Positions 41,101 through 56,300 of a stretch of 64,000 nucleotides of DNA are shown piece after piece (within the stretch, counting starts at the first letter, position 1; every line of letters begins with the position of its first letter). Source of the stretch: Auanema rhodensis (Eukaryota > Animalia > Nematoda); assembly GCA_964057225.1 (NCBI GenBank), contig OZ059894.1, forward strand, positions 21,762,001-21,826,000, read 5' to 3'. The notes under the pieces are model-generated. The model made no database searches, had not been told where the DNA came from, and was given only the letters and a program-made list of their open reading frames with translations. Position numbers and translations under genes: made by a program.

Positions 41101-44100
41101 AATTATTTTGAAATTTTTCGAAAAAATTTTTGTCAAAATGTTTTTGGAAGCAATGTTGAGTGTACATGGAAACTCAACATACACTAATGCATCATTTTTC
41201 AAACGATTATAACTAATTTGTGTATTAAGCGTTTCTCAATGTAGTATAGTGCATTCGATGCGGATTTTTAAGCTGCGTCGATCTGTGTTATCAGATTTGC
41301 GCTAGCTTAAAAATGCACCGAGATATCAACTGATATAAGTTCACACTTATATCCTCGATTTTCACCCTGAAGAATTAATTTTTTCGTTGAATAACATTGT
41401 CCATCGTCTTTGCCTTGAAAAAAGAAATCTAAAAACATCTACTTTTTGCTAAATTATTTTGAAATTTTTCGAAAAAATTTTTGTCAAAATGTTTTTGGAA
41501 GCAATGTTGAGTGTACATGGAAACTCAACATACACTAATGCATCATTTTTCAAACGATCATAACTAATTTGTGTATTAAGCGTTTCTCAATGTAGTATAG
41601 TGCATTCGATGCGGATTTTTAAGCTGCGTCGATCTGTGTTATCAGATTTGCGCTAGCTTAAAAATGCACCGAGATATCAACTGATATAAGTTCACACTTA
41701 TATCCTCGATTTTCACCCTGAAGAATTAATTTTTTCGTTGAATAACATTGTCCATCGTCTTTGCCTTGAAAAAAGAAATCTAAAAACATCTACTTTTTGC
41801 TAAATTATTTTGAAATTTTTCGAAAAAATTTTTGTCAAAATGTTTTTGGAAGCAATGTTGAGTGTACATGGAAACTCAACATACACTAATGCATCATTTT
41901 TCAAACGATCATAACTAATTTGTGTATTAAGCGTTTCTCAATGTAGTATAGTGCATTCGATGCGGATTTTTAAGCTGCGTCGATCTGTGTTATCAGATTT
42001 GCGCTAGCTTAAAAATGCACCGAGATATCAACTGATATAAGTTCACACTTATATCCTCGATTTTCACCCTGAAGAATTAATTTTTTCGTTGAATAACATT
42101 GTCCATCGTCTTTGCCTTAAAAAAAGGAATCTAAAAACATCTACTTTTTGCTAAATTATTTTGAAATTTTTCGAAAAAATTTTTGTCAAAATGTTTTTGG
42201 AAGCAATGTTGAGTGTACATGGAAACTCAACATACACTAATGCATCATTTTTCAAACGATTATAACTAATTTGTGTATTAAGCGTTTCTCAATGTAGTAT
42301 AGTGCATTCGATGCGGATTTTTAAGCTGCGTCGATCTGTGTTATCAGATTTGCGCTAGCTTAAAAATGCACCGAGATATCAACTGATATAAGTTCACACT
42401 TATATCCTCGATTTTCACCCTGAAGAATTAATTTTTTCGTTGAATAACATTGTCCATCGTCTTTGCCTTGAAAAAAGAAATCTAAAAACATCTACTTTTT
42501 GCTAAATTATTTTGAAATTTTTCGAAAAAATTTTTGTCAAAATGTTTTTGGAAGCAATGTTGAGTGTACATGGAAACTCAACATACACTAATGCATCATT
42601 TTTCAAACGATCATAACTAATTTGTGTATTAAGCGTTTCTCAATGTAGTATAGTGCATTCGATGCGGATTTTTAAGCTGCGTCGATCTGTGTTATCAGAT
42701 TTGCGCTAGCTTAAAAATGCACCGAGATATCAACTGATATAAGTTCACACTTATATCCTCGATTTTCACCCTGAAGAATTAATTTTTTCGTTGAATAACA
42801 TTGTCCATCGTCTTTGCCTTGAAAAAAGAAATCTAAAAACATCTACTTTTTGCTAAATTATTTTGAAATTTTTCGAAAAAATTTTTGTCAAAATGTTTTT
42901 GGAAGCAATGTTGAGTGTACATGGAAACTCAACATACACTAATGCATCATTTTTCAAACGATCATAACTAATTTGTGTATTAAGCGTTTCTCAATGTAGT
43001 ATAGTGCATTCGATGCGGATTTTTAAGCTGCGTCGATCTGTGTTATCAGATTTGCGCTAGCTTAAAAATGCACCGAGATATCAACTGATATAAGTTCACA
43101 CTTATATCCTCGATTTTCACCCTGAAGAATTAATTTTTTCGTTGAATAACATTGTCCATCGTCTTTGCCTTAAAAAAAGGAATCTAAAAACATCTACTTT
43201 TTGCTAAATTATTTTGAAATTTTTCGAAAAAATTTTTGTCAAAATGTTTTTGGAAGCAATGTTGAGTGTACATGGAAACTCAACATACACTAATGCATCA
43301 TTTTTCAAACGATCATAACTAATTTTTGTATCAAACGTTTCTCAATGTAGTATAGTGCATTCGATGTGGATTTTTAAGCTGCGTCGATCTGTGTTATCAG
43401 ATTTGCGCTAGCTTAAAAATGCACCGAGATATCAACTGATATAAGTTCACACTTATATCCTCGATTTTCACCCTGAAGAATTAATTTTTTCGTTGAATAA
43501 CATTGTCCATCGTCTTTGCCTTGGAAAAAGGAATCTAAAAACATCTACTTTTTGCTGAATTATTCTGAAATTTTTCGAAAAAATTTTTGTCAAAATGTTT
43601 TTGGAAGCAATGTTGAGTGTACATGGAAACTCAACATACACTAATGCATCATTTTTCAAACGATCATAACTAATTTTTGTATCAAACGTTTCTCAATGTA
43701 GTATAGTGCATTCGATGTGGATTTTTAAGCTGCGTCGATCTGTGTTATCAGATTTGCGCTAGCTTAAAAATGCACCGAGATATCAACTGATATAAGTTCA
43801 CACTTATATCCTCGATTTTCACCCTGAAGAATTAATTTTTTCGTTGAATAACATTGTCCATCGTCTTTGCCTTAAAAAAAGGAATCTAAAAACATCTACT
43901 TTTTGCTAAATTATTTTGAAATTTTTCGAAAAAATTTTTGTCAAAATGTTTTTGGAAGCAATGTTGAGTGTACATGGAAACTCAACATACACTAATGCAT
44001 CATTTTTCAAACGATCATAACTAATTTGTGTATTAAGCGTTTCTTGATGTAGTATAGTGCATTCGATGCGGATTTTTAAGCTGCGTCGATCTGTGTTATC

Positions 44101-44960
44101 AGATTTGCGCTAGCTTAAAAATGCACCGAGATATCAACTGATATAAGTTCACACTTATATCCTCGATTTTCACCCTGAAGAATTAATTTTTTCGTTGAAT
44201 AACATTGTCCATCGTCTTTGCCTTAAAAAAAGGAATCTAAAAACATCTACTTTTTGCTAAATTATTTTGAAATTTTTCGAAAAAATTTTTGTCAAAATGT
44301 TTTTGGAAGCAATGTTGAGTGTACATGGAAACTCAACATACACTAATGCATCATTTTTCAAACGATCATAACTAATTTGTGTATTAAGCGTTTCTCGATG
44401 TAGTATAGTGCATTCGATGCGGATTTTTAAGCTGCGTCGATCTGTGTTATCAGATTTGCGCTAGCTTAAAAATGCACCGAGATATCAACTGATATAAGTT
44501 CACACTTATATCCTCGATTTTCACCCTGAAGAATTAATTTTTTCGTTGAATAACATTGTCCATCGTCTTTGCCTTGAAAAAAGAAATCTAAAAACATCTA
44601 CTTTTTGCTAAATTATTTTGAAATTTTTCGAAAAAATTTTTGTCAAAATGTTTTTGGAAGCAATGTTGAGTGTACATGGAAACTCAACATACACTAATGC
44701 ATCATTTTTCAAACGATCATAACTAATTTGTGTATTAAGCGTTTCTCAATGTAGTATAGTGCATTCGATGCGGATTTTTAAGCTGCGTCGATCTGTGTTA
44801 TCAGATTTGCGCTAGCTTAAAAATGCACCGAGATATCAACTGATATAAGTTCACACTTATATCCTCGATTTTCACCCTGAAGAATTAATTTTTTCGTTGA
44901 ATAACATTGTCCATCGTCTTTGCCTTAAAAAAAGGAATCTAAAAACATCTACTTTTTGCT

Positions 44961-44985
44961 AAATTATTTTGAAGTTTTTGGAAGC
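44961..44985. other. 27-bp deletion in one monomer (between 44973 and 44974)
   Basis: TTTTGAA|GTTTTTGG versus consensus TTTTGAA-ATTTTTCGAAAAAATTTTTGTCAAAAT-GTTTTTGG. Phase check: 45196-43468 = 5x351-27. Confidence 0.95.
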
Positions 44986-47949
44986 AATGTTGAGTGTACA
45001 TGGAAACTCAACATACACTAATGCATCATTTTTCAAACGATCATAACTAATTTTTGTATCAAATGTTTCTCAATGTAGTATAGTGCATTCGATGCGGATT
45101 TTTAAGCTGCGTCGATCTGTGTTATCAGATTTGCGCTAGCTTAAAAATGCACCGAGATATCAACTGATATAAGTTCACACTTATATCCTCGATTTTCACA
45201 ATGAAGAATTAATTTTTTCGTTGAATAACATTGTCCATCGTCTTTGCCTTGGAAAAAGGAATCTAAAAACATCTATTTTTTGCTGAATTATTCTGAAATT
45301 TTTCGAAAAAATTTTTGTCAAAATGTTTTTGGAAGCAATGTTGAGTGTACATGGAAACTCAACATACACTAATGCATCATTTTTCAAACGATCATAACTA
45401 ATTTTTGTATTAAGCGTTTCTCAATGTAGTATAGTGGATTTGATGCGGATTTTTAAGCTGCGTCGATCTGTGTTATCAGATTTGCGCTAGCTTAAAAATG
45501 CACCGAGATATCAACTGATATAAGTTTACACTTATATCCTCGATTTTCACCCTGAAGAATTAATTTTTTCGTTGAATAACATTGTCCATCGTCTTTGCCT
45601 TGAAAAAAGAAATCTAAAAACATCTACTTTTTGCTAAATTATTTTGAAATTTTTCGAAAAAATTTTTGTCAAAATGTTTTTGGAAGCAATGTTGAGTGTA
45701 CATGGAAACTCAACATACACTAATGCATCATTTTTCAAACGATCATAACTAATTTTTGTATTAAGCGTTTCTCAATGTAGTATAGTGCATTCGATGCGGA
45801 TTTTTAAGCTGCGTCGATCTGTGTTATCAGATTTGCGCTAGCTTAAAAATGCACCGAGATATCAACTGATATAAGTTTACACTTATATCCTCGATTTTCA
45901 CCCTGAAGAATTAATTTTTTCGTTGAATAACATTGTCCATCGTCTTTGCCTTGAAAAAAGAAATCTAAACACATCTACTTTTTGCTAAATTATTTTGAAA
46001 TTTTTCGAAAAAATTTTTGTCAAAATGTTTTTGGAAGCAATGTTGAGTGTACATGGAAACTCAACATACACTAATGCATCATTTTTCAAACGATCATAAC
46101 TAATTTGTGTATTAAGCGTTTCTCAATGTAGTATAGTGCATTCGATGCGGATTTTTAAGCTGCGTCGATCTGTGTTATCAGATTTGCGCTAGCTTAAAAA
46201 TGCACCGAGATATCAACTGATATAAGTTCACACTTATATCCTCGATTTTCACCCTGAAGAATTAATTTTTTCGTTGAATAACATTGTCCATCGTCTTTGC
46301 CTTGGAAAAAGGAATCTAAAAACATCTACTTTTTGCTGAATTATTCTGAAATTTTTCGAAAAAATTTTTGTCAAAATGTTTTTGGAAGCAATGTTGAGTG
46401 TACATGGAAACTCAACATACACTAATGCATCATTTTTCAAACGATCATAACTAATTTTTGTATTAAGCGTTTCTCAATGTAGTATAGTGCATTCGATGCG
46501 GATTTTTAAGCTGCGTCGATCTGTGTTATCAGATTTGCGCTAGCTTAAAAATGCACCGAGATATCAACTGATATAAGTTCACACTTATATCCTCGATTTT
46601 CACCCTGAAGAATTAATTTTTTCGTTGAATAACATTGTCCATCGTCTTTGCCTTAAAAAAAGGAATCTAAAAACATCTACTTTTTGCTAAATTATTTTGA
46701 AATTTTTCGAAAAAATTTTTGTCAAAATGTTTTTGGAAGCAATGTTGAGTGTACATGGAAACTCAACATACACTAATGCATCATTTTTCAAACGATCATA
46801 ACTAATTTGTGTATTAAGCGTTTCTTGATGTAGTATAGTGCATTCGATGCGGATTTTTAAGCTGCGTCGATCTGTGTTATCAGATTTGCGCTAGCTTAAA
46901 AATGCACCGAGATATCAACTGATATAAGTTCACACTTATATCCTCGATTTTCACCCTGAAGAATTAATTTTTTCGTTGAATAACATTGTCCATCGTCTTT
47001 GCCTTGAAAAAAGAAATCTAAAAACATCTACTTTTTGCTAAATTATTTTGAAATTTTTCGAAAAAATTTTTGTCAAAATGTTTTTGGAAGCAATGTTGAG
47101 TGTACATGGAAACTCAACATACACTAATGCATCATTTTTCAAACGATCATAACTAATTTGTGTATTAAGCGTTTCTCAATGTAGTATAGTGCATTCGATG
47201 CGGATTTTTAAGCTGCGTCGATCTGTGTTATCAGATTTGCGCTAGCTTAAAAATGCACCGAGATATCAACTGATATAAGTTCACACTTATATCCTCGATT
47301 TTCACCCTGAAGAATTAATTTTTTCGTTGAATAACATTGTCCATCGTCTTTGCCTTAAAAAAAGGAATCTAAAAACATCTACTTTTTGCTAAATTATTTT
47401 GAAATTTTTCGAAAAAATTTTTGTCAAAATGTTTTTGGAAGCAATGTTGAGTGTACATGGAAACTCAACATACACTAATGCATCATTTTTCAAACGATCA
47501 TAACTAATTTTTGTATCAAATGTTTCTCAATGTAGTATAGTGCATTCGATGCGGATTTTTAAGCTGCGTCGATCTGTGTTATCAGATTTGCGCTAGCTTA
47601 AAAATGCACCGAGATATCAACTGATATAAGTTCACACTTATATCCTCGATTTTCACAATGAAGAATTAATTTTTTCGTTGAATAACATTGTCCATCGTCT
47701 TTGCCTTGGAAAAAGGAATCTAAAAACATCTACTTTTTGCTGAATTATTCTGAAATTTTTCGAAAAAATTTTTGTCAAAATGTTTTTGGAAGCAATGTTG
47801 AGTGTACATGGAAACTCAACATACACTAATGCATCATTTTTCAAACGATCATAACTAATTTTTGTATTAAGCGTTTCTCAATGTAGTATAGTGGATTTGA
47901 TGCGGATTTTTAAGCTGCGTCGATCTGTGTTATCAGATTTGCGCTAGCT

Positions 47950-49900
47950 TAAAAATGCACCGAGATATCAACTGATATAAGTTTACACTTATATCCTCGA
48001 TGTTCACCCTGAAGAATTGATTTTTTCGTTGAATAACATTGTCCATCGTCTTTGCCTTGAAAAAAGAAATCTAAAAACATCTACTTTTTGCTAAATTATT
48101 TTGAAATTTTTCGAAAAAATTTTTGTCAAAATGTTTTTGGAAGCAATGTTGAGTGTACATGGAAACTCAACATACACTAAAGCATCATTTATCAAACGAT
48201 CATAACTAATTTTTGTATCAAGCGTTTCTTGATGTAGTATAGTGCATTCGATGCGGATTTTTAAGCTGCATCGATCTGTGTTATCAGATTTGCGCTAGCT
48301 TAAAAATGCACCGAGATATCAACTGATATAAGTTCACACTTATATCCTCGATTTTCACCCTGAAGAATTAATTTTTTCGTTGAATAACATTGTCTATCGT
48401 CTTTGCCTTGAAAAATGGAATCTAAAAACATCTACTTTTTGCTAAATTATTTTGAAATTTTTCGAAAAAATTTTTGTCAAAATGTTTTTGGAAGCAATGT
48501 TGAGTGTACATGGAAACTCAACATACACTAATGCATCATTTTTCAAACGATCATAACTAATTTTTGTATCAAGCGTTTCTTGATGTAGTATAGTGCATTC
48601 GATGCGGATTTTTAAGCTGCGTCGATCTGTGTTATCAGATTTGCGCTAGCTTAAAAATGCACCGAGATATCAACTGATATAAGTTTACACTTATATCCTC
48701 GATTTTCACCCTGAAGAATTAATTTTTTCGTTGAATAACATTGTCCATCGTCTTTGCCTTGAAAAAAGAAATCTGAAAACATCTACTTTTTGCTAAATTA
48801 TTTTGAAATTTTTCGAAAAAATTTTTGTCAAAATGTTTTTGGAAGCAATGTTGAGTGTACATGGAAACTCAACATACACTAAAGCATCATTTTTCAAACG
48901 ATCATAACTAATTTTTGTATCAAGCGTTTCTTGATGTAGTATAGTGCATTCGATGCGGATTTTTAAGCTGCATCGATCTGTGTTATCAGATTTGCGCTAG
49001 CTTAAAAATGCACCGAGATATCAACTGATATAAGTTCACACTTATATCCTCGATTTTCACCCTGAAGAATTAATTTTTTCGTTGAATAACATTGTCTATC
49101 GTCTTTGCCTTGAAAAATGGAATCTAAAAACATCTACTTTTTGCTAAATTATTTTGAAATTTTTCGAAAAAATTTTTGTCAAAATGTTTTTGGAAGCAAT
49201 GTTGAGTGTACATGGAAACTCAACATACACTAATGCATCATTTTTCAAACGATCATAACTAATTTTTGTATCAAGCGTTTCTTGATGTAGTATAGTGCAT
49301 TCGATGCGGATTTTTAAGCTGCGTCGATCTGTGTTATCAGATTTGCGCTAGCTTAAAAATGCACCGAGATATCAACTGATATAAGTTTACACTTATATCC
49401 TCGATTTTCACCCTGAAGAATTAATTTTTTCGTTGAATAACATTGTCCATCGTCTTTGCCTTGAAAAAAGAAATCTAAAAACATCTACTTTTTGCTAAAT
49501 TATTTTGAAATTTTTCGAAAAAATTTTTGTCAAAATGTTTTTGGAAGCAATGTTGAGTGTACATGGAAACTCAACATACACTAATGCATCATTTTTCAAA
49601 CGATCATAACTAATTTTTGTATCAAGCGTTTCTTGATGTAGTATAGTGCATTCGATGCGGATTTTTAAGCTGCATCGATCTGTGTTATCAGATTTGCGCT
49701 AGCTTAAAAATGCACCGAGATATCAACTGATATAAGTTCACACTTATATCCTCGATTTTCACCCTGAAGAATTAATTTTTTCGTTGAATAACATTGTCTA
49801 TCGTCTTTGCCTTGAAAAATGGAATCTAAAAACATCTACTTTTTGCTAAATTATTTTGAAATTTTTCGAAAAAATTTTTGTCAAAATGTTTTTGGAAGCA
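47950..49900 (-). repeat. Dimeric (702-bp) higher-order repeat, about 3 copies
   Basis: GTTTACAC (~47982, 48683, 49385), CTGCATCG (~48266, 48968, 49670) and TGTCTATC (~48391, 49093, 49795). Confidence 0.8.
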
Positions 49901-52900
49901 ATGTTGAGTGTACATGGAAACTCAACATACACTAATGCATCATTTTTCAAACGATCATAACTAATTTTTGTATCAAACGTTTCTCAATGTAGTATAGTGC
50001 ATTCAATGCGGATTTTTAAGCTGCGTCGATCTGTGTTATCAGATTTGCGCTAGCTTAAAAATGCACCGAGATATCAACTGATATAAGTTCACACTTATAT
50101 CCTCGATTTTCACCCTGAAGAATTAATTTTTTCGTTGAATAACATTGTCCATCGTCTTTGCCTTAAAAACAGGAATCTAAAAACATCTACTTTTTGCTAA
50201 ATTATTTTGAAATTTTTCGAAAAAATTTTTGTCAAAATGTTTTTGGAAGCAATGTTGAGTGTACATGGAAACTCAACATACACTAATGCATCATTTTTCA
50301 AACGATCATAACTAATTTTTGTATTAAGCGTTTCTCAATGTAGTATAAGGCATTCGATGCGGATTTTTAAGCTGCGTCGATCTGTGTTATCAGATTTGCG
50401 CTAGCTTAAAAATGCACCGAGATATCAACTGATATAAGTTCACACTTATATCCTCGATTTTCACCCTGAAGAATTAATTTTTTCGTTGAATAACATTGTC
50501 CATCGTCTTTGCCTTAAAAAAAGGAATCTAAAAACATCTACTTTTTGCTAAATTATTTTGAAATTTTTCGAAAAAATTTTTGTCAAAATGTTTTTGGAAG
50601 CAATGTTGAGTGTACATGGAAACTCAACATACACTAATGCATCATTTTTCAAACGATCATAACTAATTTTTGTATCAAGCGTTTCTTGATGTAGTATAGT
50701 GCATTCGATGCGGATTTTTAAGCTGCGTCGATCTGTGTTATCAGATTTGCGCTAGCTTAAAAATGCACCGAGATATCAACTGATATAAGTTCACACATAT
50801 ATCCTCGATTTTCACCCTGAAGAATTAATTTTTTCGTTGAATAACATTGTCTATCGTCTTTGCCTTGAAAAATGGAATCTAAAAACATCTACTTTTTGCT
50901 AAATTATTTTGAAATTTTTCGAAAAAATTTTTGTCAAAATGTTTTTGGAAGCAATGTTGAGTGTACATGGAAACTCAACATACACTAATGCATCATTTTT
51001 CAAACGATCATAACTAATTTTTGTATCAAGCGTTTCTTGATGTAGTATAGTGCATTCGATGCGGATTTTTAAGCTGCGTCGATCTGTGTTATCAGATTTA
51101 CGCTAGCTTAAAAATGCACCGAGATATCAACTGATATAAGTTCACACTTATATCCTCGATTTTCACCCTGAAGAATTAATTTTTTCGTTGAATAACATTG
51201 TCTATCGTCTTTGCCTTGAAAAATGGAATCTAAAAACATCTACTTTTTGCTAAATTATTTTGAAATTTTTCGAAAAAATTTTTGTCAAAATGTTTTTGGA
51301 AGCAATGTTGAGTGTACATGGAAACTCAACATACACTAATGCATCATTTTTCAAACGATCATAACTAATTTTTGTATCAAACGTTTCTCAATGTAGTATA
51401 GTGCATTCAATGCGGATTTTTAAGCTGCGTCGATCTGTGTTATCAGATTTACGCTAGCTTAAAAATGCACCGAGATATCAACTGATGTAAGTTCACACTT
51501 ATATCCTCGATTTTCACCCTGAAGAATTAATTTTTTTGTTGAATAACATTGTCCATCGTCTTTGCCTTGAAAAAAGGAATCTAAAAACATCTACTTTTTG
51601 CTAAATTATTTTGAAATTTTTCGAAAAAATTTTTGTCAAAATGTTTTTGGAAGCAATGTTGAGTGTACATGGAAACTCAACATACACTAATGCATCATTT
51701 TTCAAACGATCATAACTAATTTTTGTATCAAACGTTTCTCAATGTAGTATAGTGCATTCAATGCGGATTTTTAAGCTGCGTCGATCTGTGTTATCAGATT
51801 TGCGCTAGCTTAAAAATGCACCGAGATATCAACTGATATAAGTTCACACTTATATCCTCGATTTTCACCCTGAAGAATTAATTTTTTCGTTGAATAACAT
51901 TGTCCATCGTCTTTGCCTTAAAAACAGGAATCTAAAAACATCTACTTTTTGCTAAATTATTTTGAAATTTTTCGAAAAAATTTTTGTCAAAATGTTTTTG
52001 GAAGCAATGTTGAGTGTACATGGAAACTCAACATACACTAATGCATCATTTTTCAAACGATCATAACTAATTTTTGTATTAAGCGTTTCTCAATGTAGTA
52101 TAAGGCATTCGATGCGGATTTTTAAGCTGCGTCGATCTGTGTTATCAGACTTGCGCTAGCTTAAAAATGCACCGAGATATCAACTGATATAAGTTCACAC
52201 TTATATCCTCGATTTTCACCCTGAAGAATTAATTTTTTCGTTGAATAACATTGTCCATCGTCTTTGCCTTAAAAAAAGGAATCTAAAAACATCTACTTTT
52301 TGCTAAATTATTTTGAAATTTTTCGAAAAAATTTTTGTCAAAATGTTTTTGGAAGCAATGTTGAGTGTACATGGAAACTCAACATACACTAATGCATCAT
52401 TTTTCAAACGATCATAACTAATTTTTGTATCAAGCGTTTCTTGATGTAGTATAGTGCATTCGATGCGGATTTTTAAGCTGCGTCGATCTGTGTTATCAGA
52501 TTTGCGCTAGCTTAAAAATGCACCGAGATATCAACTGATATAAGTTCACACTTATATCCTCGATTTTCACCCTGAAGAATTAATTTTTTCGTTGAATAAC
52601 ATTGTCTATCGTCTTTGCCTTGAAAAATGGAATCTAAAAACATCTACTTTTTGCTAAATTATTTTGAAATTTTTCGAAAAAATTTTTGTCAAAATGTTTT
52701 TGGAAGCAATGTTGAGTGTACATGGAAACTCAACATACACTAATGCATCATTTTTCAAACGATCATAACTAATTTTTGTATCAAGCGTTTCTTGATGTAG
52801 TATAGTGCATTCGATGCGGATTTTTAAGCTGCGTCGATCTCTGTTATCAGATTTGCGCTAGCTTAAAAATGCACCGAGATATCAACTGATATAAGTTCAC

Positions 52901-52917
52901 ACTTATATCCTCGATTT

Positions 52918-55900
52918 TTACCCTGAAGAATTAATTTTTTCGTTGAATAACATTGTCCATCGTCTTTGCCTTAAAAAAAGGAATCTAAAAACATCTACTT
53001 TTTGCAAAATTATTTTGAAATTTTTCGAAAAAATTTTTGTCAAAATGTTTTTGGAAGCAATGTTGAGTGTACATGGAAACTCAACATACACTAATGCATC
53101 ATTTTTCAAACGAACATAACTAATTTTTTATCAAGCGTTTCTCAATGTAGTATAGTGCATTCGATGCGGATTTTTAAGCTGCGTCGATCTGTGTTATCAA
53201 ATTTGCGCTAGCTTAAAAATGCACCGAGATATCAACTGATATAAGTTCACACTTATATCCTCGATTTTCACCCTGAAGAATTAATTTTTTCGTTGAATAA
53301 CATTGTCCATCGTCTTTGCCTTAAAAACAGGAATCTAAAAACATCTACTTTTTGCTAAATTATTTTGAAATTTTTCGAAAAAATTTTTGTCAAAATGTTT
53401 TTGGAAGCAATGTTGAGTGTACATGGAAACTCAACATACACTAATGCATCATTTTTCAAACGATCAAAACTAATTTTTGTATTAAGCGTTTCTCAATGTA
53501 GTATAGTGCATTCGATGCGGATTTTTAAGCTGCGTCGATCTGTGTTATCAGATTTGCGCTAGCTTAAAAATGCACCGAGATATCAACTGATGTAAGTTCA
53601 CACTTATATCCTCGATTTTCACCCTGAAGAATTAATTTTTTCGTTGAATAACATTGTCCATCGTCTTTGCCTTGAAAAAAGGAATTCAAAAACATCTACT
53701 TTTTGCTAAATTATTTTGAAATTTTTCGAAAAAAATTTTGTCAAAATGTTTTTGGAAGCAATGTTGAGTGTACATGGAAACTCAACATACACTAATGCAT
53801 CATTTTTCAAACGATCATAACTAATTTTTGTATCAAACGTTTCTCAATGTAGTATAGTGCATTCAATGCGGATTTTTAAGCTGCGTCGATCTGTGTTATC
53901 AGATTTGCGCTAGCTTAAAAATGCACCGAGATATCAACTGATATAAGTTCACACTTATATCCTCGATTTTCACCCTGAAGAATTAATTTTTTCGTTGAAT
54001 AACATTGTCCATCGTCTTTGCCTTAAAAACAGGAATCTAAAAACATCTACTTTTTGCTAAATTATTTTGAAATTTTTCGAAAAAATTTTTGTCAAAATGT
54101 TTTTGGAAGCAATGTTGAGTGTACATGGAAACTCAACATACACTAATGCATCATTTTTCAAACGATCATAACTAATTTTCGTATTAAGCGTTTCTCAATG
54201 TAGTATAAGGCATTCGATGCGGATTTTTGAGCTGCGTCGATCTGTGTTATCAGATTTGCGCTAGCTTAAAAATGCACCGAGATATCAACTGATATAAGTT
54301 CACACTTATATCCTCGATTTTCACCCTGAAGAATTAATTTTTTCGTTGAATAACATTGTCCATCGTCTTTGCCTTAAAAAAAGGAATCTAAAAACATCTA
54401 CTTTTTGCTAAATTATTTTGAAATTTTTCGAAAAAATTTTTGTCAAAATGTTTTTGGAAGCAATGTTGAGTGTACATGGAAACTCAACATACACTAATGC
54501 ATCATTTTTCAAACGATCATAACTAATTTTTGTATTAAGCGTTTCTCAATGTAGTATAAGGCATTCGATGCGGATTTTTAAGCTGCGTCGATCTGTGTTA
54601 TCAGATTTGCGCTAGCTTAAAAATGCACCGAGATATCAACTGATATAAGTTCACACTTATATCCTCGATTTTCACCCTGAAGAATTAATTTTTTCGTTGA
54701 ATAACATTGTCCATCGTCTTTGCCTTAAAAAAAGGAATCTAAAAACATCTACTTTTTGCAAAATTATTTTGAAATTTTTCGAAAAAATTTTTGTCAAAAT
54801 GTTTTTGGAAGCAATGTTGAGTGTACATGGAAACTCAACATACACTAATGCATCATTTTTCAAACGAACATAACTAATTTTTTATCAAGCGTTTCTCAAT
54901 GTAGTATAGTGCATTCGATGCGGATTTTTAAGCTGCGTCGATCTGTGTTATCAAATTTGCGCTAGCTTAAAAATGCACCGAGATATCAACTGATATAAGT
55001 TCACACTTATATCCTCGATTTTCACCCTGAAGAATTAATTTTTTCGTTGAATAACATTGTCCATCGTCTTTGCCTTAAAAACAGGAATCTAAAAACATCT
55101 ACTTTTTGCTAAATTATTTTGAAATTTTTCGAAAAAATTTTTGTCAAAATGTTTTTGGAAGCAATGTTGAGTGTACATGGAAACTCAACATACACTAATG
55201 CATCATTTTTCAAACGATCAAAACTAATTTTTGTATTAAGCGTTTCTCAATGTAGTATAGTGCATTCGATGCGGATTTTTAAGCTGCGTCGATCTGTGTT
55301 ATCAGATTTGCGCTAGCTTAAAAATGCACCGAGATATCAACTGATGTAAGTTCACACTTATATCCTCGATTTTCACCCTGAAGAATTAATTTTTTCGTTG
55401 AATAACATTGTCCATCGTCTTTGCCTTGAAAAAAGGAATCTAAAAACATCTACTTTTTGCTAAATTATTTTGAAATTTTTCGAAAAAATTTTTGTCAAAA
55501 TGTTTTTGGAAGCAATGTTGAGTGTACATGGAAACTCAACATACACTAATGCATCATTTTTCAAACGATCATAACTAATTTTTGTATCAAACGTTTCTCA
55601 ATGTAGTATAGTGCATTCAATGCGGATTTTTAAGCTGCGTCGATCTGTGTTATCAGATTTGCGCTAGCTTAAAAATGCACCGAGATATCAACTGATATAA
55701 GTTCACACTTATATCCTCGATTTTCACCCTGAAGAATTAATTTTTTCGTTGAATAACATTGTCCATCGTCTTTGCCTTAAAAACAGGAATCTAAAAACAT
55801 CTACTTTTTGCTAAATTATTTTGAAATTTTTCGAAAAAATTTTTGTCAAAATGTTTTTGGAAGCAATGTTGAGTGTACATGGAAACTCAACATACACTAA

Positions 55901-56300
55901 TGCATCATTTTTCAAACGATCATAACTAATTTTTGTATTAAGCGTTTCTCAATGTAGTATAAGGCATTCGATGCGGATTTTTAAGCTGCGTCGATCTGTG
56001 TTATCAGATTTGCGCTAGCTTAAAAATGCACCGAGATATCAACTGATATAAGTTCACACTTATATCCTCGATTTTCACCCTGAAGAATTAATTTTTTCGT
56101 TGAATAACATTGTCCATCGTCTTTGCCTTAAAAAAAGGAATCTAAAAACATCTACTTTTTGCTAAATTATTTTGAAATTTTTCGAAAAAATTTTTGTCAA
56201 AATGTTTTTGGAAGCAATGTTGAGTGTACATGGAAACTCAACATACACTAATGCATCATTTTTCAAACGATCATAACTAATTTTTGTATTAAGCGTTTCT
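52918..56300 (-). repeat. 5-monomer (1754-bp) tandem duplication carrying a 1-bp deletion
   Basis: ORF pairs 52918/54672 and 53365/55119 are offset by 1754. Both copies share TTGCAAAAT, GAACATAACTAATTTTTTATC (1 bp short), GATCAAAAC and GATGTAAG. Confidence 0.85.
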
